A stretch of DNA of 63,971 nucleotides, filler included, from Acidimicrobiia bacterium (GCA_046759765.1; 3 parts of 3 records of this genome joined end to end with filler, not necessarily neighbours in it), one strand, 5' to 3'; counted from the first letter of the whole stretch, positions 40,881 to 51,890 are shown. Made by a program: numbers and translations. Notes: generated by a model not told the origin, from the letters alone.

Positions 40881-41513
40881 TCAGTCCCGAAGGTTGACGT
40901 CGGCGCCTCCGCTCGAGCTGACACTGAACGTTGCCGGACTCCCGAACACGCTGACATCCGAACCGCCTGACGCCTCGCCTGTGATCGACTCAGAGGCGAA
41001 CACTAAGACGTCTGTCCCGCCGCTCGTGTCGATCTCGACCGAGGACGCCCGAAGATCCAACAGATCTACATCGGAGCCACCGCTTGCCTCGAGCCGGTAG
41101 CTCTCGGTAACGCCCTGACCGGTCACATCCGCGCCGCCACTTGTCGTGATTGCCTCGATGTGGTCGGTTGTAACCGTTACGAATCGTCGGGTGCCTCCTG
41201 TGGTTCGGAACGAACCCTCAGTGTCGACAATCAATGTGTTGCCCTCGAGGCGGGTGACGATATTGTCGAGGAGGTTGTCGTCGTAGGTCACCGAGACCGA
41301 CTGCGACAGGCCGGGGTCCACCTCCAGTTCGACGTTTGCTCCACCCCTGACCTCGATGCCAATAAACGAACCAACCTCACGCCTCTCTGTGACGAGATTC
41401 CCTGAACCCTCCACTCCAGGCACGTCGCAACCCGCGAACGTCATGAGAGCCATAAGCACGAGGACGACCAAAAGCAGACGGCTGGTGTCTTTCCTTTTCC
41501 GCAATCCCGTCAC
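40881..41513 (-). CDS. Lipoprotein with GIN / DUF2807 beta-helix domain
   Basis: FAGC lipobox; GSGNLVTERR; repeated SGG(A/S/T)DV units. Confidence 0.85.
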   Translation of the reverse strand: MTGLRKRKDTSRLLLVVLVLMALMTFAGCDVPGVEGSGNLVTERREVGSFIGIEVRGGANVELEVDPGLSQSVSVTYDDNLLDNIVTRLEGNTLIVDTEGSFRTTGGTRRFVTVTTDHIEAITTSGGADVTGQGVTESYRLEASGGSDVDLLDLRASSVEIDTSGGTDVLVFASESITGEASGGSDVSVFGSPATFSVSSSGGADVNLRD

Positions 41514-41677
41514 AGATCCATGCCGTGCCGACGGCTCACAGTAACCACACTCCCACTGCTTAGGTCCATCCGTAGCTCGATGGGCACCCCGGGGAGACGG
41601 AGTTTGACGGGGTCCGACTCGACCTGCCTTAGCTTCGAGGAAGGCACGGACATTCGAGCGACCGTATCCTCACCCGA

Positions 41678-42433
41678 ATGTCAGAGGGCAACCCAGGTGG
41701 TCCTGTATGGCTGATGATCGGGGCGCAGCGATCGGGTACGACCTGGTTCACAGGTTTGCTGACTCAGCACCCGGAGGTTTCGCTGGTGGGCGGGTTGGAC
41801 AAGGCCCCCTTCATGACTCCCAGCCTGGTCACCGGGACTTTTGACGGTTTCGACGAGTCCTACCTGGGCCGTTTCCGCGATGTGGCTGGCAAAGTTGGGG
41901 AGTGCGCCGCTGCATACCTTCGATGCTCGTGGGTTCCGCCCATCGCTCGACGTCTTTGTTCGCCGGACGTTGTCTTGGTGGTCTTGCTCCGTGACCCCGT
42001 CGAGCGGTTTGCGTCAGCGATGCGGATGAAACTCAGCCGCACAGGACCGTCACCCCAGGACGGGATTACGGAGTTGCATCGTTGGAGCCGCCTGCACGGA
42101 CCCGACGCTCAGTGGGGCGGAATGTATGCGACCCAGCTCGCCGCCTGGGAGGCAGCATTCGAGCGACGACACCTGATTGTTCTGCAATACGAACGCGTCG
42201 CCTCTCGTCCCGCCCAAGCCGTAAGTCAAGTGTGGTCGGAGCTGGACCTCGACGATATCCCAATCGAGGGGACCGACACGCCCAGTGCGAGCTCCAGCCC
42301 ACCGACGGAACCATGGTCGTGGGACCTTCTTCCCGGATTCCGGGAGACTCTCATCGAGATGTACAGACCGGAAGTGAGACGCCTCCAGCAACACTGGAAC
42401 ATCGACCCTCGCTTGTGGCCCAACTACTCGTAA
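41678..42433 (+). CDS. Sulfotransferase family protein
   Basis: 5'-PSB motif GAQRSGTT and 3'-PB motif LRDPVERFAS. Confidence 0.88.
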   Translation: MSEGNPGGPVWLMIGAQRSGTTWFTGLLTQHPEVSLVGGLDKAPFMTPSLVTGTFDGFDESYLGRFRDVAGKVGECAAAYLRCSWVPPIARRLCSPDVVLVVLLRDPVERFASAMRMKLSRTGPSPQDGITELHRWSRLHGPDAQWGGMYATQLAAWEAAFERRHLIVLQYERVASRPAQAVSQVWSELDLDDIPIEGTDTPSASSSPPTEPWSWDLLPGFRETLIEMYRPEVRRLQQHWNIDPRLWPNYS

Positions 42434-42481
42434 GTAGCCGCGCTGCCGAATGATCTGGCCCCCGGGTGTGGACGGATATAT

Positions 42482-43264
42482 CTAGCGCCGAACGCCGAAT
42501 CCTTGGTAAGCCAGCCACTTGCCTCGGCGGGTTACGAGCTCGATCTGCCTTGCGGTCTCAGGATGTGTCAAACGCCGAGCAAGCAAGCCGATCAGAGCCA
42601 GGGCGGCACGGGGGACGTGTCGGACCCTGATGCCCACGCCCAGCATCTCAGTAGGTTCGATGCCGGAAGCTCGCATGTAGCGTTCCATTTCGTCTGGTCG
42701 CACCAGTCGACTCCACTGGTGAGTGCCGCGTGGCACGAGACCGAGAAGATCTTGTGCAACGAACAGCAGCCCGACGCCGTTGATCACGGTCCGATTAGGG
42801 CCCGCGAAGATGAAGATGCCTCCAGGCCTGAGAACCCGGCCGGCCTCCGCGACTACCGGGGCAGCGTCGTCCACATGCTCGAGGACCTCCATGCAGAGCA
42901 CCGCGTCGAATGAAGCATCCAAGAACGGAAGAGCCTCCCCAACACCCCCGACAAACGTAATCCCCGAGTCAGTCAAAGCACTGTGGTTCTTGGCGGCTTG
43001 GAGGGAAAGCAGGGACGGATCCAGTGCTACGACTGAGAAGCCGGCGGCAACGATAGGTTCGGCAAGCAGGCCCCCGCCCGCTCCGAGATCCAGGACGCGA
43101 CGGGATTCGTTACCGAGCTCAGTAAGCACTTCGATAACGAACGGAGTGCGTACCGGAGCCAGCAGCACACCGAGCCCATGAAGAACCCCGGACTCGTCCC
43201 ACCACGTCCCGGAAAGCTCGTCGAACAAGGAGGGCTGGTCTAACCGCCGCCCACGAAGTCCCAT
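42482..43264 (-). CDS. UbiG-like SAM-dependent O-methyltransferase
   Basis: WWDESG, VLDLGAGGG, FDAVLCMEVLEHV, NRT and PRGTHQW motifs. Confidence 0.85.
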   Translation of the reverse strand: MGLRGRRLDQPSLFDELSGTWWDESGVLHGLGVLLAPVRTPFVIEVLTELGNESRRVLDLGAGGGLLAEPIVAAGFSVVALDPSLLSLQAAKNHSALTDSGITFVGGVGEALPFLDASFDAVLCMEVLEHVDDAAPVVAEAGRVLRPGGIFIFAGPNRTVINGVGLLFVAQDLLGLVPRGTHQWSRLVRPDEMERYMRASGIEPTEMLGVGIRVRHVPRAALALIGLLARRLTHPETARQIELVTRRGKWLAYQGFGVRR

Positions 43265-43376
43265 GAACACTCAACCAGTGAGCCTCACAGATTCTGATAC
43301 AAGAAGCTCCCCGGACCACCCTCGTCATGTCGATTATGGGCCGACATGGGTGGTGGCTCGTAACCTGCCTAGGTCG

Positions 43377-44201
43377 CTAGGCCGGGACCTCCTCCCGGCG
43401 CCTTCGTGTCCTGACGGTACGACTCGGCTCCCAGCGGAAGAATTGTCTCGCAACCAACGCGGCCACGATGCCCCACACCGCCATATAGGCCAGCTCGCCC
43501 CACTGCACCTGAAAGCCGGTCAGCCCGGGATTGAACGCCGCCTGGAACGCCGCGTTGAAATGCTTCAGAGGAAAGAAGTCTCCGATCAGCTCCACGAACC
43601 GCGGGAGTTCCTCTGACGGAGGGATGAACACCCCTGAGAAGAACGCCAGCGGCAGCAGGGTGGAGTTGGCGATGGCGACGGCAGCGTTCCCGGTCGGGGC
43701 GAAGGCAGCCACTACCAAACCAAGGGCCGCGAAGCATCCCACCCCGACGAGGAACGTGATGATGGCCGCCGGGACCGTACGTGCGTAGATCTGGACTCCG
43801 TAGAACAGAACCCCCGCGGTGAGCATGATCACCACCGCGATGGCGGCGATGTAGGTGGCGGATGCGATCTTTCCGGTCAGGTAGATCGAGGGAGGCAATG
43901 GGGTGCCGCGCACCCTCTTCAGTATCCCCTGATCACGCTGGAAGGCCGTACTGACACCAATATTGGTGTAGGTCGCCGAGGCCGCTGAGAACACAGCCAG
44001 TGCCGGGGCGTAGTACTGGGCAACGGTGACCCCAAGGTGTTCGATCTCCTCGCTGCCAAAGATCGCGGCGAACACCACCAGGATCAGCAGAGGAAAGATG
44101 ATGGTGAAGAACGCCGAAATGGAGGTCCGCCAGAAAATCTTGTTTTGGTAGCGGGTCTGCTGCCAGATCAAGCTGACCGTGGATGCGCGGCCGACCGTCA
44201 C
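43377..44201 (-). CDS. ABC-2 type exporter permease
   Basis: Six TM segments; RDQGILKRVRGTP, FFSGVF and FPLKH motifs. Confidence 0.88.
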   Translation of the reverse strand: MTVGRASTVSLIWQQTRYQNKIFWRTSISAFFTIIFPLLILVVFAAIFGSEEIEHLGVTVAQYYAPALAVFSAASATYTNIGVSTAFQRDQGILKRVRGTPLPPSIYLTGKIASATYIAAIAVVIMLTAGVLFYGVQIYARTVPAAIITFLVGVGCFAALGLVVAAFAPTGNAAVAIANSTLLPLAFFSGVFIPPSEELPRFVELIGDFFPLKHFNAAFQAAFNPGLTGFQVQWGELAYMAVWGIVAALVARQFFRWEPSRTVRTRRRREEVPA

Positions 44202-45091
44202 TCTTCCGCCTCACCGTCGGTCAGCTCCAGGTAGACGTCCTCCAGGCTCGGGCGAGAAACGGTCAGGTCGACCAGTTTGATCTCGTGTTGGACCGCCCAT
44301 GACGTGAGGGTGTCGAGCGTGACAGTGGGATCGCTGGTCTCCACGCGGACGCGGCCGTGAAGACCCGTGCGGAGCCCGAGTGGCAGCTGGGGCGACTCCG
44401 GCGCCACAAACTCAATCACGGTCTGGGCCTCCTTCCGGCCGCCAATCGTCTCCGGTGTGCCCTCGGCGACAATCACTCCGTTACTTATCACAGCAATCCG
44501 GTCGGACAGGTTCTGCGCCTCATCCATGTAGTGGGTCGTGAGGAGGATCGTCTTGCCCAACGAGCGGAGGTTGTCGATCACCGTCCAGGCCTGGCGCCGG
44601 GCGGAGGGATCAAATCCCGTGGTGGGCTCGTCGAGAAAGATCAGCTCCGGATCCCCGATGATGCCAAGCGCGAGCTCGAGCCGGCGGATCTGGCCGCCCG
44701 AGAGGGTCTTGACCCGGTCGTCGGCCTTCTCCTCGAGTCCGACGATGGGGATGACCTCCTCGCTGGGGCGCCGGTTGGGATAGGCACCACCGAAGATATC
44801 GAGCGCCTCACGGACCGTGAGGTCGAGCTCGACAGACCGTTCCTGGAGAACAATGCCGATCCGTTCACGAAAATCCCGATCGGCGTTATGGGGATCCTGC
44901 CCCAGAACCTCCACTTCACCCGACGATCGTCGCCGGTGCCCCTCCAGGATCTCCACGGTGGTGGTCTTTCCGGCGCCGTTGGGACCAAGGAGGGCGAAGA
45001 CCTCGCCTTCCTCGATGGTCAGGTCGATTCCCGCTACGGCCTCGAGGTCGCCATAGCGCATGACCAGATCACGTACCGTGATGGCAGACAC
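44198..45091 (-). CDS. ABC exporter ATP-binding protein
   Basis: GPNGAGKTT, LSGGQ, FLDEPTTG and TTHY motifs. Confidence 0.93.
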   Translation of the reverse strand: MSAITVRDLVMRYGDLEAVAGIDLTIEEGEVFALLGPNGAGKTTTVEILEGHRRRSSGEVEVLGQDPHNADRDFRERIGIVLQERSVELDLTVREALDIFGGAYPNRRPSEEVIPIVGLEEKADDRVKTLSGGQIRRLELALGIIGDPELIFLDEPTTGFDPSARRQAWTVIDNLRSLGKTILLTTHYMDEAQNLSDRIAVISNGVIVAEGTPETIGGRKEAQTVIEFVAPESPQLPLGLRTGLHGRVRVETSDPTVTLDTLTSWAVQHEIKLVDLTVSRPSLEDVYLELTDGEAEE

Positions 45092-45346
45092 GCAGGGAGT
45101 CTTGACCCTCGCGGCGCAGATCGCAAAAAAGCGTATCTGTACGTAGAGCAGTGGGTGCCCCGTCACCGGTTGCCTGTCGTCGGTAGGTCCTTGATCTCGG
45201 TGAACGCCCGGTTGGGGCGAGTCGCCCCCATCACAATGCTCAGGCCGGAGGGTACGTACTACCGACAGGTCGACTGCCCGCAGCTTTGATGGATATGGAA
45301 CGAGCGCTAATCGCCACCAGAAGTCTGCTGCGGCACAATGCAGAGG

Positions 45347-46327
45347 ATGGAAGAGCCAGCCGGGGAAAACGATCTGGCCAAACTGGATGGTTGGGTCGCT
45401 GAAGGCCTGATCAGCGCCGAGCAGGCTGAAGCCATCCGGGCCCATGAGGCTCGACGACCAGAACCACCGGCGCCCGCCGGAGGGGTCTCGCTGGCCACCG
45501 AGGCGCTGGGCTACCTTGGCGGGGGCTTGGCAGTGATCGCGGCCGTCATCCTGGCAGCGGAGCTCTGGCCGGATCTGGCCTTATGGGCGAAAGTGTTGTT
45601 CGCCGCGGTGATCACCCTCGTCCTGGCAGGCGCCGGTGCCCTCATCCGCGCCAGCGATGAGCCGGCCATTCGCCGCTTGAGCAGCTTCCTCTGGTTCCTG
45701 TCATCGGCAGGCGTGGCTTTCGTGTTCGGAGTGATCGCCGACGAGGTTTTCGAAGCGAGTCCGCAATCTGTTGCGCTGGCCGCCGCACTCTCGGCAGGTG
45801 CGTACTCGCTTCTGCTGTGGTTGGTAACACGCACCCACCTCCAGCAACTGGCACTGTTTGCCGCCGTACAGGCCGCGAGTGTTTCGCTGCTGCTTGTGCT
45901 GGACGACAACATTGATCCGTTCTTCGTGGGACTTCTCGTCATGGGCTTGGGCTTGGTGTGGGGGCTGCTCGGTTGGGCAGCTGTCATGGTTCCCAGCATC
46001 ACCGCGCTGGTCTTGAGCGCGGTAGCACTTCTCGTCGGAGCTCAGATCGCATCTTCCGATTCACTACGGGGATGGGGTCTGCTCCTAGGCCTGGTGGCCG
46101 CAGTGGGCCTGTTAGCCGCCGGGGTATTGCTCCGGCGCACGGTTCTGCTCGGCCTAGGCGCGCTCGGTGTGATCGTTTTCGTGCCGCAGAGCGTCAACCA
46201 CCTATTCGGGGAGACACTCGGCGCGGCCGTCGTTCTCCTGCTCACCGGGCTGCTCCTGGTTATCGGAACAGTGGCAGTGGCCCGCCTTCGGGGAAGGGCA
46301 GCCGCAACGAAAGCGAGCGGCTCGTGA
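45347..46327 (+). CDS. DUF2157-type multi-pass membrane protein
   Basis: WVAEGLISAEQAEAI followed by EALGYLGG and about 10 TM helices. Confidence 0.8.
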   Translation: MEEPAGENDLAKLDGWVAEGLISAEQAEAIRAHEARRPEPPAPAGGVSLATEALGYLGGGLAVIAAVILAAELWPDLALWAKVLFAAVITLVLAGAGALIRASDEPAIRRLSSFLWFLSSAGVAFVFGVIADEVFEASPQSVALAAALSAGAYSLLLWLVTRTHLQQLALFAAVQAASVSLLLVLDDNIDPFFVGLLVMGLGLVWGLLGWAAVMVPSITALVLSAVALLVGAQIASSDSLRGWGLLLGLVAAVGLLAAGVLLRRTVLLGLGALGVIVFVPQSVNHLFGETLGAAVVLLLTGLLLVIGTVAVARLRGRAAATKASGS

Positions 46328-47088
46328 CGTCGCGCACAAGGGTCATCATCGCCGCGGTCTCATCGGCCGTTGTCCTACTGGCGGTCGTGGGGATCATCCT
46401 TGCGTTTGGTCTTATCCCGGTACCGGAATACCCATCATTGGCCGAAAACCCAGATCCCTCGATTCCGGGAACAGTGGCCTACTCGACTTTCGAGGAAAGA
46501 GACGGAGAGTTCGGACGTGAATGTGTGTATGTGGTCCCGGCGGGAGGTGGCGACGCCAGGCTGCTGAGCTGCGGGCAGGAATTCGGCTTCGCTCTCGCCT
46601 GGACCGCAGACGGGCTACTCGCCACGGAAAGCTTCGAGTTCGGCCCGGCGATCGTGGTTCTCGATCCCCAGACAGGTCAGGAAGTAGACAGGATCGATTT
46701 CACCGGAGGCTTCAACGGCGAGCCCCCAGATGAAGAGATATTCAGCCTCGTGCATATTGATCGCTCACGAAGGCCAGACGGAGCCCGGGTAGAGACGGGC
46801 AGAGAGCACGGGCCCGGGTCCAGCATCACGGTGCGACTGCCCGACGGAACCACGCACGAGTTGATCTCGGTCACAGAAGCGCCCCCCAGCTACGCCTTCT
46901 TCGAGTCGCAATGGTCTCCGGACGGCCAATTCGTATTGACGGCCGACTCGGAGGGTCGCCTCATTGTCATTAGGGCCGAGGGCGCTCCCGAGCCGCGGGT
47001 TCTGGCTGACCGGCACGAGGGGCATGGTGCCGCCGCCTGGTACATCCCCGGTAATCCCACTTATACGGTGGAGCTGCCGAAGGATTGA
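46324..47088 (+). CDS. Membrane-anchored TolB-like beta-propeller hypothetical protein
   Basis: N-terminal TM; AWTADG and QWSPDGQF blades; GTG overlaps the upstream stop. Confidence 0.7.
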   Translation: MTSRTRVIIAAVSSAVVLLAVVGIILAFGLIPVPEYPSLAENPDPSIPGTVAYSTFEERDGEFGRECVYVVPAGGGDARLLSCGQEFGFALAWTADGLLATESFEFGPAIVVLDPQTGQEVDRIDFTGGFNGEPPDEEIFSLVHIDRSRRPDGARVETGREHGPGSSITVRLPDGTTHELISVTEAPPSYAFFESQWSPDGQFVLTADSEGRLIVIRAEGAPEPRVLADRHEGHGAAAWYIPGNPTYTVELPKD

Positions 47089-47208
47089 ATCACCAACGGT
47101 GCGTCTTACACGTGAAGAATGGGCGCAGGGAAGCTGTCGGCACCCTCATGCCGAAGCTGTGCCAATCCGTAGTCTGTGGCGCGACCCTGATGGCAGAGCA
47201 GACGAGCG

Positions 47209-48120
47209 ATGGCTGAGGTCGCGATCAGCACCGAAGGGCTGACCAAGTACTACGGCCGCAACCGCGCCCTCGACGGGCTCGACCTGGAGGTCCGGACTGG
47301 CGAGGTCTACGGCTTTCTGGGCCCCAACGGTGCGGGGAAGACGACGACTATCCGGCTCCTGCTTGATCTGATCCGACCCACCAGCGGCCGGGCTGCCGTG
47401 CTTGGACTAGATCCCAGGGCGGATGGGGTGGCCCTGCGGGAGCGTGTCGGGTATCTAGCCGACGACTTCGTCGTTGATGGCCGCCAAACGGGCGAGGAGC
47501 TGCTGACCTACTTGGGCAACCTGCGGGGTGGTGTCGCCCGCGCTCGTATTGATGACCTCGCTCAGCAGCTCGAGCTGGACCTGAGCCGCCGGATCAGCAC
47601 CTTGTCCCGCGGTAATCGACAGAAGGTTGGTTTGGTGCAGGTGTTCATGCATGACCCTGAAGTGCTCGTCTTGGATGAGCCGACCTCCGGCCTTGACCCG
47701 TTTCTCCAGCATGAGTTCGCCGCGATGGCCCGACGGGCAACGGCAGACGGGCGGACGGTGTTCATGTCATCTCATGTGCTGAGCGAGGTCCAAGAGAACG
47801 CAGACCGCGTGGGGATCATTCGCGAAGGACGGTTGGTGGCCGTCGAGAGGGTCGAGGACCTTCGTGAGCGATCCATGAGAAGTGTTGAGATCCTCTTCGA
47901 TGGTCCGGTCCCTGCCGAGGACTTCGCTGATATAGCCGGCGTCAGCGATTTGCGGATCGACGGCCCGCTGTTGCGCTGCCGGCTCGACGGGCGCGCCGAC
48001 GCTTTGGTCAAGGCGGTTGCCCGACATAGCGTCGTGACGTTATCCGTGGAAGAGGCCGACCTCGAGGAGCTGTTCTTTCACTTCTACGATCAGCGAGGGG
48101 AGGGCGGGCATGCTCGGTAG
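47209..48120 (+). CDS. ABC transporter ATP-binding protein
   Basis: GPNGAGKTT, LSRGNRQK, LDEPTSG and SSH motifs. Confidence 0.93.
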   Translation: MAEVAISTEGLTKYYGRNRALDGLDLEVRTGEVYGFLGPNGAGKTTTIRLLLDLIRPTSGRAAVLGLDPRADGVALRERVGYLADDFVVDGRQTGEELLTYLGNLRGGVARARIDDLAQQLELDLSRRISTLSRGNRQKVGLVQVFMHDPEVLVLDEPTSGLDPFLQHEFAAMARRATADGRTVFMSSHVLSEVQENADRVGIIREGRLVAVERVEDLRERSMRSVEILFDGPVPAEDFADIAGVSDLRIDGPLLRCRLDGRADALVKAVARHSVVTLSVEEADLEELFFHFYDQRGEGGHAR

Positions 48121-48904
48121 CGTCTTCGGAAAATGGCTTTGGGATGGCCGCCGGTCCTTGCTCGGCTGGTCGCTGGCAATCGTCTTAGTGGGTGGCTTCT
48201 ACGCGGCCTTTTGGCCGACCGTCGATAGTCCGGAGCTGCAGGCCGCACTCGAGAGCTACCCGCAGGCGTTGCTGGAGGCGATCAATTACACCGACATCAG
48301 CACGGCAGCCGGCTACCTAAACGCGAGTGTGTACGGGCTGATCGTGGCAGTGTTGCTGCTGATATACGCGATATCGGCCGGCACCCGGACAATCTCCGGC
48401 GACGAGGTAGCAGGCCGGCTCGACCTGATCCTCGCTCATCCGGTGAGCCGGAGCAGCGTGGCGCTGCAGCGCTTCGCTTCGTTCTTGTTCAGCGTAGTGA
48501 TCATCCTCTTTGCGCTGTGGCTGGCGATGCTGGCGTTGGTGGGCCCGGCGCGGCTTGATGGCATCTCGGTTGGGCAGTTCGGCGCCATGCACCTGCATCT
48601 AGTTCTGTTCGGTGCATTATTCGGCGCGGTGGCGTACGCGGTAGGCGGAGCCACCGGGCGCAAGTCGCTGGCTATTGCGGTCGCGACAGGTGTTGCAGTC
48701 CTTGGCTACGCGGCTAACGGAGTCATCCCGCAGGTGGAAGGGATGGAGTGGGTCCGTAACTTGTCCCCCTTCCATTGGCTCAACGCCGACAATCCCCTGC
48801 AGACCGGCGTTCACATCGGCCACGGCTTCCTGATGCTGGGCCTGACAGCTGTCTTGGTAGGGCTGGGTACCTGGATCTTCAACCACCGCGATATAGCCGT
48901 GTGA
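48110..48904 (+). CDS. ABC-2 transporter permease
   Basis: Multi-TM; GRLDLILAHPVSR and SPFHW motifs; ends FNHRDI. Confidence 0.88.
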   Translation: MLGSVFGKWLWDGRRSLLGWSLAIVLVGGFYAAFWPTVDSPELQAALESYPQALLEAINYTDISTAAGYLNASVYGLIVAVLLLIYAISAGTRTISGDEVAGRLDLILAHPVSRSSVALQRFASFLFSVVIILFALWLAMLALVGPARLDGISVGQFGAMHLHLVLFGALFGAVAYAVGGATGRKSLAIAVATGVAVLGYAANGVIPQVEGMEWVRNLSPFHWLNADNPLQTGVHIGHGFLMLGLTAVLVGLGTWIFNHRDIAV

Positions 48905-49049
48905 GTGATTAGCTACGGGGTGGTCAAACGCGTTTCAGGCGATGTGTGTCGGCGCAAAGTCGCCCACAGAAGAGGCTCTGCGCTGGTGCGCTGCGCCGAC
49001 CTGACCAGCCGCGGCAAGGTAGAAGGCGGAGGCCGTAGGCTTCCTACCC

Positions 49050-50045
49050 GTGCGCGACTTCGAGTCGATGCCGAAGGTCGAGCTGCACGTTCACCTGGAA
49101 GGGGCAATTCCGCGGACTTCCTTGTGGGCGCTAGTTGAGCAGGCGGGAGGCGATCCGGATGTTCCCAACCTTGCGGCACTCGAGCATCAGTTCAGGTTCC
49201 GGGACTTCGATCACTTCATTGACACCTGGGTATGGAAGAATCGCTTTCTCGATTCGTATGAAGCGTTCGAGGTCGGCGCGGAGGCAGCTGCTAGCGAGCT
49301 CGCTGCACAGAACGTCGTTTATGCCGAAGCTTTCTTCTCGCCAAGTGACTTCTCTCAATTCGGCCTCGCCCCCGCTGAGCTAGCTCTAGCCATTCGGCGC
49401 GGCCTCGACCGTGCGGACGGGGTCCAGGTGGCTCTGATAGTCGACGTAGTGCGTGACACGGGACCCGAACGAGCATCCGACACGTTCGAAGAGATCCGCG
49501 AAGTGGCCGAGTCGGCCGGAATCATTGGTGTTGGTCTCGGAGGGTCGGAAGCCGACTTCCCGCCCGAGTTGTTCGCTGACGTGTACCGCCGCGCGCGAGA
49601 TGCTGGCTTCAGGCTGACGGCTCACGCGGGTGAGGTGTCCGGCCCGGACAGTGTCCTCACTGCCCTCTCTGTGCTGGGCGTAGAGCGAATCGGACACGGC
49701 ATTCGGTCAGTTGAGGATCGAGACCTGCTGAAGTCGCTCGTCGAGCACCAAATCCCGCTTGAGGTCTGCCCTTCCTCCAACCTCGCCACTGGGCTGGTCC
49801 CGTCGTGGGAAGAGCATCCCATTCGGCAGCTAATAGACGCCGGAGCGATGGTCACCCTCAGCACAGACGATCCTGCCATGTTCGCTACGACGCTGTCCGG
49901 GGAGTATCGGACGGTTGCAACCCGCTACGGATACGACGACATGCTCATGCGACAGCTGGCTCAGAATGCAGTGGAGGCGTCATGGACCGACACCGAGACG
50001 CGCCTCCAGCTCCAACAAGAGCTCGACCTCTGGTGGGATCGCTAG
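49050..50045 (+). CDS. add: Adenosine/adenine deaminase
   Basis: PKVELHVHLEG, AHAGE, RIGHG, EVCPSSN and STDDP motifs. Confidence 0.92.
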   Translation: MRDFESMPKVELHVHLEGAIPRTSLWALVEQAGGDPDVPNLAALEHQFRFRDFDHFIDTWVWKNRFLDSYEAFEVGAEAAASELAAQNVVYAEAFFSPSDFSQFGLAPAELALAIRRGLDRADGVQVALIVDVVRDTGPERASDTFEEIREVAESAGIIGVGLGGSEADFPPELFADVYRRARDAGFRLTAHAGEVSGPDSVLTALSVLGVERIGHGIRSVEDRDLLKSLVEHQIPLEVCPSSNLATGLVPSWEEHPIRQLIDAGAMVTLSTDDPAMFATTLSGEYRTVATRYGYDDMLMRQLAQNAVEASWTDTETRLQLQQELDLWWDR

Positions 50046-50129
50046 CAGTAGCGATCGCTAGGACGTGACGCGACGATCCCCTCACTCCACTGGAACCACG
50101 GTTGCTATTCTCCGGCCGCAGGAGGACTG

Positions 50130-50987
50130 ATGGTGCGCACCCGGCTCAGCCTTGTTCTTTTGGTAGCTCTGTCGCTCGTCGCGGCTACTTGCGGTGAAGA
50201 GGAAGGAGCAGAGCCGCCGGCCGGAGGCGTGAGCTGCGCCAAGGCTGACCTGAATCTGGTGGAACCCGGCGTGTTAACCGTCGCAACCGGTGAGCCGGCG
50301 TTCTTGCCCTGGGTCATGGATGACAATCCGACCAACAAGCAGGGGTTCGAAGCGGCAGTTGCCTACGAAATCGCCACTGAGCTGGGGTTTGCCGACACTG
50401 AGGTCAAGTGGGTTCGGACGGGTTTCGACGAGGCCATCGCTCCCGGGCCCAAGAACTTCGACTTCAACCTGCAGCAGTACTCGATCACGCCAGTGCGCGA
50501 TGAGGTAGTTGACTTCAGCAAGCCCTACTACGTCACGAGGCAAGCTGTGATTGCCTTCCCGGACTCACCCGTTGTGGGCGCCACCACGATTGCAGACCTG
50601 AAGGACACAAGACTCGGTGCACAGATCGGCACAACCAGCCTTGACTTCATCGAGGACGTCATTCAGCCGACCCAGCCGGCAGCGGTCTATGACACGACCT
50701 CCGACGCCAAGTCGGCGATGGAAGCCGACCAGGTCGATGGAATCCTCGTCGACCTACCAACCGCCTACTTCATAACGGCCGTCGAGATCGAGGATGCTGT
50801 TATCGCGGGCCAATTCGAGGCGGCAGCCGCCGCACCCGATGAATACGGGCTTCTTTTCGCCGAGGGAAACCCTCTGGTCGCTTGCGTAAACCAAGCGATC
50901 GACGCCTTGATCGCGGACGGCACACTGGCGGCTCTGGAGTCAGCGTGGCTGGCGCAGGAAGGTGCAATTCCGACGATCACATCGTAG
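50130..50987 (+). CDS. Polar amino acid ABC transporter substrate-binding lipoprotein
   Basis: Lipoprotein signal (VAATC); QQYSIT, VDFSKPYY and GAQIGTT motifs. Confidence 0.9.
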   Translation: MVRTRLSLVLLVALSLVAATCGEEEGAEPPAGGVSCAKADLNLVEPGVLTVATGEPAFLPWVMDDNPTNKQGFEAAVAYEIATELGFADTEVKWVRTGFDEAIAPGPKNFDFNLQQYSITPVRDEVVDFSKPYYVTRQAVIAFPDSPVVGATTIADLKDTRLGAQIGTTSLDFIEDVIQPTQPAAVYDTTSDAKSAMEADQVDGILVDLPTAYFITAVEIEDAVIAGQFEAAAAAPDEYGLLFAEGNPLVACVNQAIDALIADGTLAALESAWLAQEGAIPTITS

Positions 50988-50996
50988 ATCGATCGA

Positions 50997-51890
50997 GTGG
51001 GACGAGACGTGACTCAGGGGTCTGTCCCTCCTGACGAGACAAGAGGCCTGACTCCGAGCCTGCTCGGCGCGCCACGCCGCCGGCGCGATGGACGCGAGGA
51101 GGGGGGACGGGCCGCACTCATCGCATTCGTGTCGACAGTCGTGTTCTTCGGCGTGGTCGCCTGGGTTGTGTTGACGTCGGAGGCTTGGCCGGCCGTCCAG
51201 CAACAATTCTTCAGCCCAGAGCATTTCCGGGCCGTTTGGCCGGATGTCCTATCAGCCTTTTGGCTCGACGTGCAGATGTTCATCGTCGCCGAGATCGTCA
51301 TTCTGATGTTTGCTCTGTTGGTTGCGATCATCCGCTCGTTGCGGGGCCCAGCCTTCTTCCCGCTGCGAGCGCTCGCGATCGCGTATATCGACCTCATCCG
51401 AGGTGTGCCCGTGCTGCTGCTCATCCTTCTGCTCGGTTTCGGGGTGCCGGCGCTGCAGCTGCCAGGAGTGCCCAACAGTGCTCTCTTCTGGGGACTCACC
51501 GCACTGGTCATCAGCTATAGCGCCTATACGGCCGAGGTATATCGGGCTGGTATCGAGTCGGTGCCAGAGAGTCAGCGCATGTCGGCGCGGTCGCTCGGCC
51601 TGACCCAAGGTCAAGCCCTGCGTCTCGTTCTGGTCCCACAAGCCGTCCGCAACGTGATTCCCGTCCTCCTGAGCCTGTTCGTGAGCTTGCAGAAGGATGT
51701 GGCGCTGGTGTTCGTGCTTGGAATTCGAGAGGCGGTGCGCGAGGCCCAGATCTATAACGCCCGGACGTTCAACTACACCGGCTATGTCGTCGCTGCCATT
51801 CTGTTCTTGATCGTCAGCGTTCCCGTGGCTCGCTTCATCGACTGGTACGCGGAGAGGGACCGGCGACGAAAACAAGCGATGAGTGTGTAA
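50997..51890 (+). CDS. Polar amino acid ABC transporter permease
   Basis: [19 protein letters not shown] and PQAVR motifs. Confidence 0.92.
   Translation: MGRDVTQGSVPPDETRGLTPSLLGAPRRRRDGREEGGRAALIAFVSTVVFFGVVAWVVLTSEAWPAVQQQFFSPEHFRAVWPDVLSAFWLDVQMFIVAEIVILMFALLVAIIRSLRGPAFFPLRALAIAYIDLIRGVPVLLLILLLGFGVPALQLPGVPNSALFWGLTALVISYSAYTAEVYRAGIESVPESQRMSARSLGLTQGQALRLVLVPQAVRNVIPVLLSLFVSLQKDVALVFVLGIREAVREAQIYNARTFNYTGYVVAAILFLIVSVPVARFIDWYAERDRRRKQAMSV

Noticed and set aside
40900..41160. Repeated SGGxDV-coding units
   Set aside because: These are normal beta-helix repeats of the GIN/DUF2807 domain.
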